From contig JBGPGO010000001.1 of assembly GCA_041483895.1 (NCBI GenBank), forward strand, positions 1-64,000: 64,000 bases of DNA, in the 5' to 3' direction. Source of the DNA: Fimbriimonadia bacterium. GTDB lineage: Bacteria > Armatimonadota > Fimbriimonadia > Fimbriimonadales > JABRVX01. The notes below the pieces were generated by a model. It saw only the letters and a list, made by a program, of their open reading frames with translations. It was not told where the DNA came from and did no database searches. Numbering within the stretch: position 1 is the first letter of the stretch; every line of letters starts with the position of its first letter. Positions 45,832-56,204 of this stretch are shown piece after piece. Both the position numbers and the translations under genes were made by a program.

Positions 45832-48714
45832 ATGATTTCCCTCTGGACTCTCCTTATTACTGCAACTGCCTTAAGCTCGCAGCTCACCGGCGCAGATACC
45901 CCGATGCGTCCCGGTGATGCGATCGACTTCTTCGGCGATTCCATCACTTGGCAGGGCGGCTACATCGACCTCATGAGCCGGCGCCTCCAGGAAAGCCCGC
46001 ACACGAGAGGCCTCCTCATCTCCCTAATCAAGCGCGGGATCAATGGCGGCAAGAGCAACGACTTGCGCGACGGATGTAAAGACCTATATGGTTGCACCCA
46101 GGCGCCCTTATCCGAGGTCCTGAAGCGAGACAGGCCTTGCGCTGCCGTGATCGAAATCGGAATCAACGATGTTTGGCATGGCGACAAGGGCAATCCGCCG
46201 GAAGTGTTCGAAAAGTGCCTGCGGGACATGGTCGCAAGCGCCAAAACGCAGAAGGTGCCGGTGATACTCGCCACTCCTTCGCTGATCGGCGAAGAGCCAC
46301 AAGGCTCGAATCCCTTCGATTCCCAGCTCGACCAATATGTCGCCATCGTCAAGAAGGTCGGCGCCGATACGGGCTCGATCGTGGTTGACTTGCGCGCCTC
46401 CTTCGTCCGCTATCTCTCCTCGCACCCACGCACCGCGGAAATGGGCAAGGACCGTGGCATGCTGACTTACGACGGGGTGCACATGCTGCCCGCCGGCAAC
46501 GCGCTTCTTGCCGACGAGCTCGAAACCGGCATCGCTGCTGCCCTGCGCAAGAGCCCGCGCGCCAAGCCCGCCGCCATCTCGGCTCCGCAGACCTCGCTTC
46601 CCCTCGTTCCTTGGCCGCGTTCGATCACCTTTCGCACCGGCTCGCTCGCGCTCAACCGGCCGGTCCTCGTCGCCACATCGCCGAACCTTCTGCCCCTCAC
46701 AAAAATACTCGCCGAAGAAATCCAAGCCAAGACAGGTATCAAACCTGCTCTCGCTTCAAAGCCGACTCAAGGCTCCATCATCCTCAAGCTTGCCCCGAAC
46801 GGCGACCCGGAAAGCTACCGAATCGAGGTCAACCAAAGCGTCACGATCTCGGCAGCGAACCCGCGCGGTTTGGCCTGGGGCACCGTCACCCTGCTCCAAG
46901 CACTTCAAACCAAGGACAATGCGCTCCAAATTCGCCGTATGAGCATCGAGGACAAGCCCGCGCGCCCCCACCGCGGATTGTTGATCGATGTTGCAAGGCG
47001 ATACCACTCGATCGACGTGCTGAAGCAGTGCGTAGAGCTCTGCCGGTTTTATAAGCTTGGCTACTTGCAGCTCCACCTCACCGACAACGAGGCGTTCACC
47101 TTCCCCAGCCGTGCCTTCCCCCAAATCAACACCCAAAACCAGAACGGCGGTCTCAGCTACACGCTCGAAGAACTCAAAGAACTGGTGCGCTTTGCCGACG
47201 AGCGCGGCGTAATCATGGTTCCGGAGATGGATATTCCAGGTCACTCGGCAACGCTGATTCGCACGATGCCGGACCTATTCAAGATAAAGGGAACGAAGCC
47301 TTACGAGCACCATGCCACGATCAATTTTGCGAACTCCGAGGTGCTGAAGGCGATCGACACCCTCATCGGCGAAATCTGCGATGTCTTCCGGACCTCGCCC
47401 TATTTCCACATGGGTGGGGACGAAGCGGACATCTCGCTCGCCGACCAGCACCCCGATTTCCAGGCCGCATTCCACCAGCTCGGCTTGCCCGAAAAGTCGC
47501 AGCATGAGCTCTACCGCCGCTTTCTTACTCAAGTGGACGAAATGGTCAAGAAGCGAGGTAAGCAGCTGATCGTTTGGGAAGGCTTTGGACGCAACGCCGC
47601 CTCAAAATTCCCCATTCCAAAAGACATCCTCGTGATGGAGTTCGAAAACGCCTATTACCTGCCCACCGACCTGCTGGAGGACGGGTATTCGCTGGTGAAT
47701 GCCTCTTGGACGCCCCTCTATGTGGTGAACCGGCACGTCTGGCCCGCGCGCAAGGTTTACGAGTGGGACCTGTCGCGCTTTGGGCGTTTCTCAAATCTTT
47801 ATGAGACCACCGGGTGGTATGGCGCGACCGATTTGAGGCGAATCGCGGGAGCACAGGTGTGCTCGTGGGAAGGTCCGGAGGAGACTGAAATCGAAAACCT
47901 GCGGCGCGTGGCGCCGGCTATGGCGGAACGAGTGTGGAATCCGGCAGTTGGGAGTTCCTTTCAGCAGTTTGAAGTACGGCTGAGGGCCACGGACGATCTG
48001 TTCGATCGGCTGGTGCATTCGGTGACTATTCATAACAGTCCCCTCGATGCAACCGATCCCAACGGCTTTGATGTTCCCTGCTTCACAAAGCCGTTGTCTG
48101 TGAGTCTTACGTCGAGCCGACAAGGGGTGATCCGATTCACATTGGATGGCAAGCCGCCGACGGGTTCGTCACCGAGCTATGCAGGACCTGTCAACCTGAC
48201 CCAAACAACCACGATCCGCGCCGCCCTGTTTGGTCCGACCGGTCAGCGGTTGGGCTACGAGACTTCAAAGGTGTTCTATTTGGTCCCACCGCGAACACCG
48301 AATCTGGCGACTGGAAAAAAGGTGACGGTCTCGGGGGGGACGCAAGGGCCGCAGGTTCCCGAACTGGCCGTGGACGACAATCTGGAGTTGTCGTCGAGCT
48401 GGTGGGCGGGTCCGGCCCCGCAATGGCTGCAGGTCGATCTGGGCAAGACCTTCCGCGTGGACCGCATCGAAGTGTTCCCCTACTGGGATGGTTCACGCTA
48501 CTACGAATATACGGTCGAGGTCAGCACCGATGGGCAGTCATGGTTTGTAGTGGCCGATAACTCAGCAAACAGAACGCCCGCGAAACCGCAGGGCGATGAG
48601 ATTCGCTTCGCCGCGCGAACCGTCCGATTTGTGAAAGTGAATCTGCTCCACAACAGTGCCAATGAGGCCGTGCACCTGGTCGAGCTCCGGGTTTGGGAAA
48701 CGAAGGGGAATTGA
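45832..48714 (+). CDS. SGNH esterase - GH20 beta-N-acetylhexosaminidase - FN3-associated - F5/8 type C fusion
   Basis: GDSIT, GIND and DGVH (SGNH); RGLLIDVAR, PEMDIPGH and HMGGDE (GH20); FTLDG..P; WLQVDLG. Confidence 0.9.
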   Translation: MISLWTLLITATALSSQLTGADTPMRPGDAIDFFGDSITWQGGYIDLMSRRLQESPHTRGLLISLIKRGINGGKSNDLRDGCKDLYGCTQAPLSEVLKRDRPCAAVIEIGINDVWHGDKGNPPEVFEKCLRDMVASAKTQKVPVILATPSLIGEEPQGSNPFDSQLDQYVAIVKKVGADTGSIVVDLRASFVRYLSSHPRTAEMGKDRGMLTYDGVHMLPAGNALLADELETGIAAALRKSPRAKPAAISAPQTSLPLVPWPRSITFRTGSLALNRPVLVATSPNLLPLTKILAEEIQAKTGIKPALASKPTQGSIILKLAPNGDPESYRIEVNQSVTISAANPRGLAWGTVTLLQALQTKDNALQIRRMSIEDKPARPHRGLLIDVARRYHSIDVLKQCVELCRFYKLGYLQLHLTDNEAFTFPSRAFPQINTQNQNGGLSYTLEELKELVRFADERGVIMVPEMDIPGHSATLIRTMPDLFKIKGTKPYEHHATINFANSEVLKAIDTLIGEICDVFRTSPYFHMGGDEADISLADQHPDFQAAFHQLGLPEKSQHELYRRFLTQVDEMVKKRGKQLIVWEGFGRNAASKFPIPKDILVMEFENAYYLPTDLLEDGYSLVNASWTPLYVVNRHVWPARKVYEWDLSRFGRFSNLYETTGWYGATDLRRIAGAQVCSWEGPEETEIENLRRVAPAMAERVWNPAVGSSFQQFEVRLRATDDLFDRLVHSVTIHNSPLDATDPNGFDVPCFTKPLSVSLTSSRQGVIRFTLDGKPPTGSSPSYAGPVNLTQTTTIRAALFGPTGQRLGYETSKVFYLVPPRTPNLATGKKVTVSGGTQGPQVPELAVDDNLELSSSWWAGPAPQWLQVDLGKTFRVDRIEVFPYWDGSRYYEYTVEVSTDGQSWFVVADNSANRTPAKPQGDEIRFAARTVRFVKVNLLHNSANEAVHLVELRVWETKGN

Positions 48715-48941
48715 GTGTCCGGTGGCGAGGCTTCCCGCACTCTGCTCCCTCTGGTCCAAATCCGTGGGTGAGTGAGTGAGATACTCCGAATCCGGCATAA
48801 GGGATGGACGCTTTGATACTGCTTTCCCTTCTACTATACGATCCCACAGGTCGCTGCTTTCCACCAACGGAAACAAGCTATGGCAAGGGGATCTCGTAAC
48901 AGGACCTATCGAAAATCGCCAATTTCGATCTCGACGGTTGC

Positions 48942-49020
48942 GCTACGATTGCCCTGGCTTCCATTGTCATCGAGGCGTTGCGGGAGCAACTGTAGGCCCG
49001 GCTGTCAAGCTGGCTGTCAA
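48942..49020 (+). pseudogene. Possible tyrosine-integrase remnant and arm-type repeats
   Basis: Reads ATIALASIVIEALREQL*; GGCTGTCAA at 49000 and 49012, about 60 bp from the tRNA 3' end. Confidence 0.45.
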
Positions 49021-49077
49021 CGGGCTTAACTTGGGTTAATGTGAGATGTTCAAAGGTTGCGTTTGTACCTGAATTAC

Positions 49078-49153
49078 TGGGGCGGCGAACGGGGATTGAA
49101 CCCGCGACCCCCTGAGCCACAGTCAGGTGCTCTGCCACTGAGCTACCGCCGCC
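49078..49153 (-). tRNA. tRNA-His (GTG)
   Basis: GGCGGCGGTAGCTCAGTGGCAGAGCACCTGACTGTGGCTCAGGGGGTCGCGGGTTCAATCCCCGTTCGCCGCCCCA, with G-1:C73 and encoded CCA. Confidence 0.97.
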
Positions 49154-49239
49154 ACTGGCCAAAAGTGTACCACCGGGCGGCGGCGGCGTCAACCGATGGT
49201 CCCTGGGACCTGCGCGCTGTTGCCGGTACACTAGCCGAG

Positions 49240-50355
49240 ATGGTGAACCGCGAGCGCCTCCTCGATACATTTCTCCAACTGTGCCGAATCAATTCGCCCT
49301 CCCGCGAGGAGGCGGAGGTGGCGGATTGGATCTGTCGGCGGCTTGCGGGTCTGGGTCTTTCGGCGGAGGAAGATAATGCGGGCGCTGTGGTTGATGGGAA
49401 TTGCGGCAATTTGGTTGTTTCTCTGCCTGGAACCGTCCCCGCGCCGCCGATCCTGATCTGCGCGCACATGGACATTGTGGAGCCCAATCCCGGAGTTGAG
49501 ATTGTTGTCGAGGACGGAGTGGTTCGGACGGATGGGACCGCGATATTGGGGGCGGACGATAAGGCGGGATGCGCTCCGCTCATCGAGGCCCTCACAATCA
49601 TCCGCGAGAAGGGATTGGCGCATGGGCCGATCATTGCTGCGTTTACCATTTGCGAAGAGGTGGGGCTTTTTGGCGCGGCCAACTTGGACACTCGTGGCGC
49701 AGTAATGGGGTTTGTGTTGGATGCCGGGCCTCCGGTTGGGAGCTTCATCGTGAACGCGCCGGGCATGATGAACATTGAGATTACGGTAATGGGGAAAGCC
49801 GCTCATTCCGGGGTGAGGCCGGAGGAAGGAATCAGCGCTGTGGAGGCAGTGGCCGACGCGGTCGCTGGGATGAAGCTTGGACGAATCGATGAGGAAACGA
49901 CGGCGAACATCGGCACGATACATGGGGGGCAGGCCAGGAACGTGGTGTGCGAGCGTGTTGTGATGGAAGCGGAGGCGCGAAGCCGCAACCCGCAAAAGTT
50001 GGCGGCGCAGCTCAATCACATGCGCGAGCAGTTTGATCGGGCGGCGTCTAAGCGGGGGGCATCCGTGGATTGGCAGGAGCGCAAATCGTACCAGTCCTAT
50101 CTTCGGACGAACGAAGATCCGGTGGTGAAAACTGCGATCGCTGCCGCGCAAAAGATCGGCCTTACCGGTCAACTGCGCGCGGCCGGCGGCGGCAGCGACG
50201 CCAACGTTTTCAATGCGAAGGGCGTACCCAGCATTGTAGTCTGCACTGGCATGCAGAAGAACCATACACATGATGAATTCTGTACGGTTGACGATCTGAA
50301 CAGCACCGCGGAACTAACACTTGCAATCATACAAGAAGCGGCGAAAGGAGCATAG
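49240..50355 (+). CDS. M20/M25/M40 peptidase T-like metallopeptidase
   Basis: AHMD, LGADDKAG, CEEVGL and GGGSDAN. Start moved to ATG 49240 to avoid the tRNA. Confidence 0.92.
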   Translation: MVNRERLLDTFLQLCRINSPSREEAEVADWICRRLAGLGLSAEEDNAGAVVDGNCGNLVVSLPGTVPAPPILICAHMDIVEPNPGVEIVVEDGVVRTDGTAILGADDKAGCAPLIEALTIIREKGLAHGPIIAAFTICEEVGLFGAANLDTRGAVMGFVLDAGPPVGSFIVNAPGMMNIEITVMGKAAHSGVRPEEGISAVEAVADAVAGMKLGRIDEETTANIGTIHGGQARNVVCERVVMEAEARSRNPQKLAAQLNHMREQFDRAASKRGASVDWQERKSYQSYLRTNEDPVVKTAIAAAQKIGLTGQLRAAGGGSDANVFNAKGVPSIVVCTGMQKNHTHDEFCTVDDLNSTAELTLAIIQEAAKGA

Positions 50356-50357
50356 TC

Positions 50358-51815
50358 ATGGAAGACGTGAAGAAGCCTGAAGAAAAGAAGGAAGAGCGAT
50401 ACAAGTTAGAGACGGACAAGGAACCGGTTGTCACTCAGCACAGCATCACAATCAATGGCAAACCGCTGAACTACACTGTCACCACCGGCATGATGCCGAT
50501 CATGAATGAGATCGGCGAGGTGGAGGCTGGAATGTTTTACATCGCTTATTCCAAGAAAGGCGTCAGGGATCATAGTCGCCGTCCGCTCATGTTTTCGTTC
50601 AATGGCGGGCCCGGCTCGTCTTCGGTCTGGCTGCATCTTGGGGCGGTCGGACCTAAGAGGACGAAGATGACGGAAGAGGGGATGCTGCCAAAGCCTCCTT
50701 ATCAGTTGGTAGACAATCCGCATACATGGTTGCAAGAAACCGATCTTGTTTTTATCGATCCGGTGGGGACCGGGTATAGCCGCCCCGCCACCAAAGAGCT
50801 TGGCGAGAAGTTTTGGGGACTGAAAGGCGATATCGAATCGATTGGCGAATTTATCCGGCTCTATCTGACTCGCTCCGAGCGATGGTCTTCCCCGCTTTTC
50901 TTGGTTGGAGAAAGCTACGGCACCACGCGGGCGGCGGGGCTATCAGGATACCTTGTCGATCTTGGCATCGCGTTCAATGGCATCGTGCTCGTTTCGTCCA
51001 TACTTAATTTCATTACTGCTAGAAACACCAAAGGCAACGATCTGCCCGCGCTTTTGTTTTTGCCGACCTACACAGCTACCGCATGGTATCACAAGAAGTT
51101 GGCTCCCGGTCTGCAAAAGAGTCTCAAGAAGACGCTTTCCGAAGTGGAGGCGTGGGCCGCGAATGACTATATTATGGCGCTGTCCAAAGGTTCGGCGCTG
51201 CCCGCTAAGGAGCGCAAGCAGGTGATGGAGGCGCTGTCTCGATACACAGGACTCGATCCACAGTACATAGACAATACGGACCTTCGGATTAACATACATA
51301 ACTTTTGCAAAGAGCTGCTCCGAAGCGAGAAACGAACGGTAGGTCGGCTCGATAGCAGATTCAAGGGAATGGACGCGAGCGGCGTCACTGCCAATCCCGA
51401 CTTCGATCCCAGCATGTCCGCGATCCGTCCGCCTTATACCGCCATGCTCAACGACTACATTCGGCGGGATTTGGGCTACAAAACCGATACTCCGTATCAT
51501 ATATTGGGCGGGGGAATCAATAAGGATTGGAATTGGGGTTCAGCGGGCGAGGGTCATCCGGATACCAGTGATGCGTTAAGGACGGCATTCGTGAAGAACC
51601 CTTATATGAAGGTATTTATCGCGTCCGGCTACTATGATCTTGCGACGCCCTATTTCGCCACGATGTACACACTGGATCACATGGGATTGGATGCAAGCCT
51701 GCGAGACAACATCGCTACGAAATACTACGAAGCGGGACACATGATGTATATTCACGAAAAGTGTCTCAAGGAATTGCATGGAGACGTGACAGTGTTCTTG
51801 CGAAACTCCTACTGA
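50358..51815 (+). CDS. S10 serine carboxypeptidase
   Basis: FNGGPGSSS, GESYG, GYYDLATP and AGHMMY motifs. Confidence 0.93.
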   Translation: MEDVKKPEEKKEERYKLETDKEPVVTQHSITINGKPLNYTVTTGMMPIMNEIGEVEAGMFYIAYSKKGVRDHSRRPLMFSFNGGPGSSSVWLHLGAVGPKRTKMTEEGMLPKPPYQLVDNPHTWLQETDLVFIDPVGTGYSRPATKELGEKFWGLKGDIESIGEFIRLYLTRSERWSSPLFLVGESYGTTRAAGLSGYLVDLGIAFNGIVLVSSILNFITARNTKGNDLPALLFLPTYTATAWYHKKLAPGLQKSLKKTLSEVEAWAANDYIMALSKGSALPAKERKQVMEALSRYTGLDPQYIDNTDLRINIHNFCKELLRSEKRTVGRLDSRFKGMDASGVTANPDFDPSMSAIRPPYTAMLNDYIRRDLGYKTDTPYHILGGGINKDWNWGSAGEGHPDTSDALRTAFVKNPYMKVFIASGYYDLATPYFATMYTLDHMGLDASLRDNIATKYYEAGHMMYIHEKCLKELHGDVTVFLRNSY

Positions 51816-54800
51816 TAGTCGCCTACGAGGACGAACGCCCCCCAGTATTTCGGATGCATATACTTGGGGTCCTTGCGTAGCTCAACCATGGCTTTGCGCA
51901 GCGCTTCGTCTTTCGTGGCGCCTGCCTTAAGGAATTCATACATGTGCTGCATGATGATTGCGGTCGCCGGATCGTTGATTTTCCATAAAGAAACAAGAAT
52001 ACTGCGGCCGCCCGCATATTGGAATGCGCGCGTCAATCCCAACACACCTTCCGAATAGGTTGCGGTACCTAGTCCGGTTTCGCAGGCGCTTAGTACAACG
52101 AGGTCCGCACTCGTCCGGACCTCTTGGAATATCTCCGCCGCGGTGAGCAGTCCATCATCAGTGGCCGATGGGCTAAGGGCGAGGCCGGACGCCAGCATTT
52201 CCGTATTGAGCAGGCCGTGGCAGGCAATATGCAAGATGCTTGCCTGAGACGCCCTTATCTTCAATGTCGTTTCGGATGCTTCATCGCTCGTAAAGACGGT
52301 CGCCTTATCTCCGTACAGCGCCTTAATGTGTTCCACTTCTTCTTTCGTAAATGGAAGGGGATCGAGCGGCAGGCCGCGGATCGTCTGCCCGCGCACATCG
52401 GCCATGGTTCTTTGCGGTCGACCGGAGTAGACCGGATTCCCGAGCGCGATCAATGGTCCCTCCACACGCTTCGTTCGCCGAATTTCTGCAAATAGCGTCA
52501 TCGAAAGAACGGTGTCGATCGGGATGTCATCGCTCAGATAGTGAAGCCCCGCTAGACCATCATCGACGACGGACTTGACTCCGCGTTCCTGATTGTCGTT
52601 ATCGCCGCGGGACCGATCCCTATCAATGGCTTGTGGCGGGGCCGCAGCGACAGAAACCTGCTTGATATCCGTGACAAGCGCCAAGAAGGGCAACGTCTGA
52701 AGCGGACCGTCTGGGCAGATCAACAGATGTTTCGCGTTCCGAATCATCTCGGCGGCCGGGGCAAGGAGGAGCTTGTAGAGCGCTAAACCATTCTCGCTGA
52801 ATTTCTCTCCACCGCTCACCGCTTTGAGAAAATCGGCAGTCTTCTTAGCCAGCTCGTCTTCAACGATGGCAATAGGAAACGCTCTCAGATCGGTTTTCGT
52901 GACGGCGATCAGCGTGGTCCGATCCGGCGCCACAAAATAGACCAGGAGGAGGGTTCCCTCGTCCAGATTCAACCGAATTCCGGCCAGATCGAGCGGTTCC
53001 GGATATACGATGGAGGCGAGCCGGGGAGACGCTTTGCGAACCTCCGCCTCGACCTCCTTCAGTTCCACGGCAAGGCTCGCGAACTCATCGGGCAGGTCCT
53101 TCTGCGCGTCGGATTTCGGTTCGCTAATCCGAAAAAGCAGAGACCGCTGCTTCTCCCGGAGCTGCTTGAAACGATCGGCCAGCGGCTTCGGCAGGTCTCC
53201 CGTCAGGTCGATTCCCTTCTCCCGAATCTGATCGAGAAGCGCGCGTGCCCGATGTGCCTCGATGATGGGAAGCGCCTGTGCGGCCTTGCCCTGCTTCAGC
53301 AATACATCGACATAGTGCAGGGGGATGCGGGAATACTTTTCTCCAAACCTCTGCTTGCCCTCAATCGATCCCAGAGTGCGGCGAATCTTGTCGATGTCCG
53401 CGGTAGCGGAGGCAAGGTGGCGCTCTGCCTCAGCGTACTTGCCGCCCCGTGCAGAAACTTTCCCCAGCCGATCGAGCGCATCCGCTTCCATCAGCGAGCC
53501 GGGCGCTAATTTATGAAAGCCGTCGTAGGCCCGCGTTAACAGCTCGATGGCTTTCGTGTCGTCTTTCTGACGGAATGCGACATCCCCCAACCATAAGTAG
53601 CTGGAACTTTCCGCCACCGAACCGGGAAAATTCTTCTGCCGAATTTCGAGCGCCTTTTCGTTATAGTCCTTTGCCGCCGCGAGGTCGTCGCGATTCCGGG
53701 CCAAAAAGCCGAGGTTCTGCAGCGTCATCGCATGCTCGAAAGAGTTTGGCGCCGCTTTTTCCCATATCGCGAGTGCGCGCTTAAGATTCGTTTCGGCCTC
53801 GGCAAATCCGGCTTCGGGGCCGTCCGCTTGAAGCGCCCCCAGATTATTCAGATATTGGGCGACGCTGCGGCCATCCGGCTGGAGTGGCTGCGTGAATTTG
53901 AGCGCCCGTTCGTAATAGACGATTGCAGCGCTCACGTCACCCGAATCTCGCGCAACATTGCCGAGGCTATTGAGAACTACGCCGAGATTGAGAAAGTCGA
54001 GTTTCTGCACATCCGTCGTCGCTTGGCTGGGATCGTCTGGGGTGAGACCATCGAAGATCGCCTTCGAGCGCAGCAGATTCTCCTGCGCCGTTCTCAGCTC
54101 CCCGAGGTCCAAGCAGACTGTGCTCAATTCGTTCATGCTCTGGGCCAGATCGCGCGAATCGGGCAGGATGCGCTCGCGAATTCCGATCGCTTCGGAAAGT
54201 CTGCTCTTGGCATCCGCCAATTGACCTAGTTCAAATTCGATCGCCCCGAGATCGTTGAGACGCTGCGCCGTCCAGACCTCGCGTTTGCCAGCGCGATCTT
54301 CGGCAAGGCACTTCTCATACCAGTCCTTGGCCGGCGCAAGTTTGTTTTGGCGCTTGCTCAGAATGAACCCGGATCGAAAGGCTGCCCATGACTTTACGGC
54401 GCTGTCCGACGTTACCTCGAATGCCTTGCCATATTCGATCAGCGCTTCATCCCAACGATTCAGTTGTTCGCACACGACCGCGCACCGATCGCGCAGCCAG
54501 GCCGCTGATTCGCGCTCGCCACCTTTCTCCAACTCATCAGCGCCGGATCGCCATATCCGTAGCAGGTCATCGTATTTCTTGTCTGGGATGGCCTTTTGAC
54601 CGTCGCGATAGATGCCCAGCGCGCGTTCGGAGCAGTTCGGACGAATGACCAGTCCCAAGTTGCCGCGTGGCACAGATATGGAGTGCTCCGCACCGGCGTG
54701 CAAGTACCGTAGTGGCACCGAGAATTGCGTCAGATTATTTGCCTCGCCGGCGGTCAATGCCGCTTGGGAACCAATCTTTGCTCCATCGTATTCGAGTAGG

Positions 54801-54943
54801 ACATCCCCGATCATCAACCCGACGGACGCAGCGGCGGAATTGGGAATGATTCGTTCGATGACCGATCCCGGACCGGCGGCAGCGCCATGCGAAAACATGC
54901 ACACAAGAAGGCAAGCGGCTCCACAGACCCTAGTCCGGACCAT
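51809..54943 (-). CDS. PDZ-TPR-CHAT (caspase-like) protein, probably secreted
   Basis: PNSAAASVGL..GDVL (PDZ); TPR repeats; LHIACHG, VLSACETG, SLW.I.D and HPKYWGAF. Start uncertain. Confidence 0.87.
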   Translation of the reverse strand: MVRTRVCGAACLLVCMFSHGAAAGPGSVIERIIPNSAAASVGLMIGDVLLEYDGAKIGSQAALTAGEANNLTQFSVPLRYLHAGAEHSISVPRGNLGLVIRPNCSERALGIYRDGQKAIPDKKYDDLLRIWRSGADELEKGGERESAAWLRDRCAVVCEQLNRWDEALIEYGKAFEVTSDSAVKSWAAFRSGFILSKRQNKLAPAKDWYEKCLAEDRAGKREVWTAQRLNDLGAIEFELGQLADAKSRLSEAIGIRERILPDSRDLAQSMNELSTVCLDLGELRTAQENLLRSKAIFDGLTPDDPSQATTDVQKLDFLNLGVVLNSLGNVARDSGDVSAAIVYYERALKFTQPLQPDGRSVAQYLNNLGALQADGPEAGFAEAETNLKRALAIWEKAAPNSFEHAMTLQNLGFLARNRDDLAAAKDYNEKALEIRQKNFPGSVAESSSYLWLGDVAFRQKDDTKAIELLTRAYDGFHKLAPGSLMEADALDRLGKVSARGGKYAEAERHLASATADIDKIRRTLGSIEGKQRFGEKYSRIPLHYVDVLLKQGKAAQALPIIEAHRARALLDQIREKGIDLTGDLPKPLADRFKQLREKQRSLLFRISEPKSDAQKDLPDEFASLAVELKEVEAEVRKASPRLASIVYPEPLDLAGIRLNLDEGTLLLVYFVAPDRTTLIAVTKTDLRAFPIAIVEDELAKKTADFLKAVSGGEKFSENGLALYKLLLAPAAEMIRNAKHLLICPDGPLQTLPFLALVTDIKQVSVAAAPPQAIDRDRSRGDNDNQERGVKSVVDDGLAGLHYLSDDIPIDTVLSMTLFAEIRRTKRVEGPLIALGNPVYSGRPQRTMADVRGQTIRGLPLDPLPFTKEEVEHIKALYGDKATVFTSDEASETTLKIRASQASILHIACHGLLNTEMLASGLALSPSATDDGLLTAAEIFQEVRTSADLVVLSACETGLGTATYSEGVLGLTRAFQYAGGRSILVSLWKINDPATAIIMQHMYEFLKAGATKDEALRKAMVELRKDPKYMHPKYWGAFVLVGDYQ

Positions 54944-55247
54944 ATTGGCCGAAGTTGATAAACACGGTATTGAGGTCAGGCAGCGCGACATTTCCATCGT
55001 GGTGAAGTCTACCAGCACTTGGTCGCAATTGAGAATTGTGACCGTATGGTCGTTGCATGGGATCACAGCCGGCATTGGTCCGTTTCATATCACTCCCCCT
55101 GTTACAAAGGACGCAACCGCCGACCCGATGGATACACTGCGCCTTGCTACGTCACGAATTTATGGCTTGCTACCCATCACCATTCCAGCGGTTGTTGCAA
55201 AGATTCGGGGATAATATGCGGACGAATCGAAAAACTGGAGGTTACGA

Positions 55248-55757
55248 ATGAGAAGTAGCGCTGTTCGCTGGATGTTGGTTGTACTTGGTATCGCACTGGT
55301 GGTGGGACCTGTTCCGGGTCAAAATTCCGCCACGAAGAAGGCAATCAACGCGGTGTATGCCAAGACGATGATCTGGTACAAAAAGAAGGATATGGTTAGC
55401 ATGCTCACCGTCGTCAGCAAGGATTTCGTCATGACAACCACGCAGGGCAAAAAGATGACGTACGCCGAGATGAAGAACCAAATGACAGAGCAGATCAAGA
55501 TGATCGATACGATAACGAAGGCGTCGTACAAGATCAACAAGATGTCCATGAAGGGCAAGGACGTTGTTGCCGACGTCACCGGATATTCGACGTTCAAGAT
55601 GAAGGGCCAGGACGGAAAACTCCATACCTATGCCGTAACGGTCGTGAGCAAGGACATCTGGACGAAGACCCCGAAGGGCTGGATGATGAAGGCCTCCACG
55701 AGTGTCAAGGAAGTGGTATTCCAGGACGGCAAGAAGATCACGTTGCCGGGTGGTTAG
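55248..55757 (+). CDS. Secreted NTF2-like (DUF4440-type) protein
   Basis: GGAGG RBS, signal peptide, C-terminal DIW.K...GW. Confidence 0.75.
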   Translation: MRSSAVRWMLVVLGIALVVGPVPGQNSATKKAINAVYAKTMIWYKKKDMVSMLTVVSKDFVMTTTQGKKMTYAEMKNQMTEQIKMIDTITKASYKINKMSMKGKDVVADVTGYSTFKMKGQDGKLHTYAVTVVSKDIWTKTPKGWMMKASTSVKEVVFQDGKKITLPGG

Positions 55758-55778
55758 TAGCGCGACCAGGCTTACCGA

Positions 55779-56204
55779 TCAGGGCACTCTTGTCTGAATC
55801 ATCGAATATCTGGCAAAGTCCTCCGGATCTAACGTCAGTAGTTCTCTGATTCCGTGCGCGAGCATGAACGCAACAAGACGTGCGTCATGGATTTTCCTTC
55901 CGGTAGAGGGAACTGATTCGATAAGATTCCGCCACCAAATGTAGATGTCCGGCGGTTCCGGGAGAAGCAGAAAAGCGCTTAGGAAGTAATCTATGTCTCG
56001 CAATACCGTCGCATGATCACGCGCCATACCGTTCGATAGTATCGGTCGAGTTGCGACGGAAGCGTATTCAATCAAATTCTGAGCGCATACGCAGACATTG
56101 GAGGCTGAACTCCGGACCTGATGTATGACGTCGAAGCAGGCCTCACGCTTGTCGCTATCCACATCATTCAGGCGGACCAAAATATTCGTATCGAGAAGGA
56201 TCAT
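55779..56204 (-). CDS. PIN-domain (VapC-like) toxin
   Basis: ILLDTNIL, QNLIE, IHDARLVA and LLT.D..DF motifs. Confidence 0.9.
   Translation of the reverse strand: MILLDTNILVRLNDVDSDKREACFDVIHQVRSSASNVCVCAQNLIEYASVATRPILSNGMARDHATVLRDIDYFLSAFLLLPEPPDIYIWWRNLIESVPSTGRKIHDARLVAFMLAHGIRELLTLDPEDFARYSMIQTRVP

Noticed and set aside
49057..49239. N-terminal extension of the M20 peptidase ORF
   Set aside because: It runs antisense across tRNA-His; homologous sequence begins at MVNRERL.
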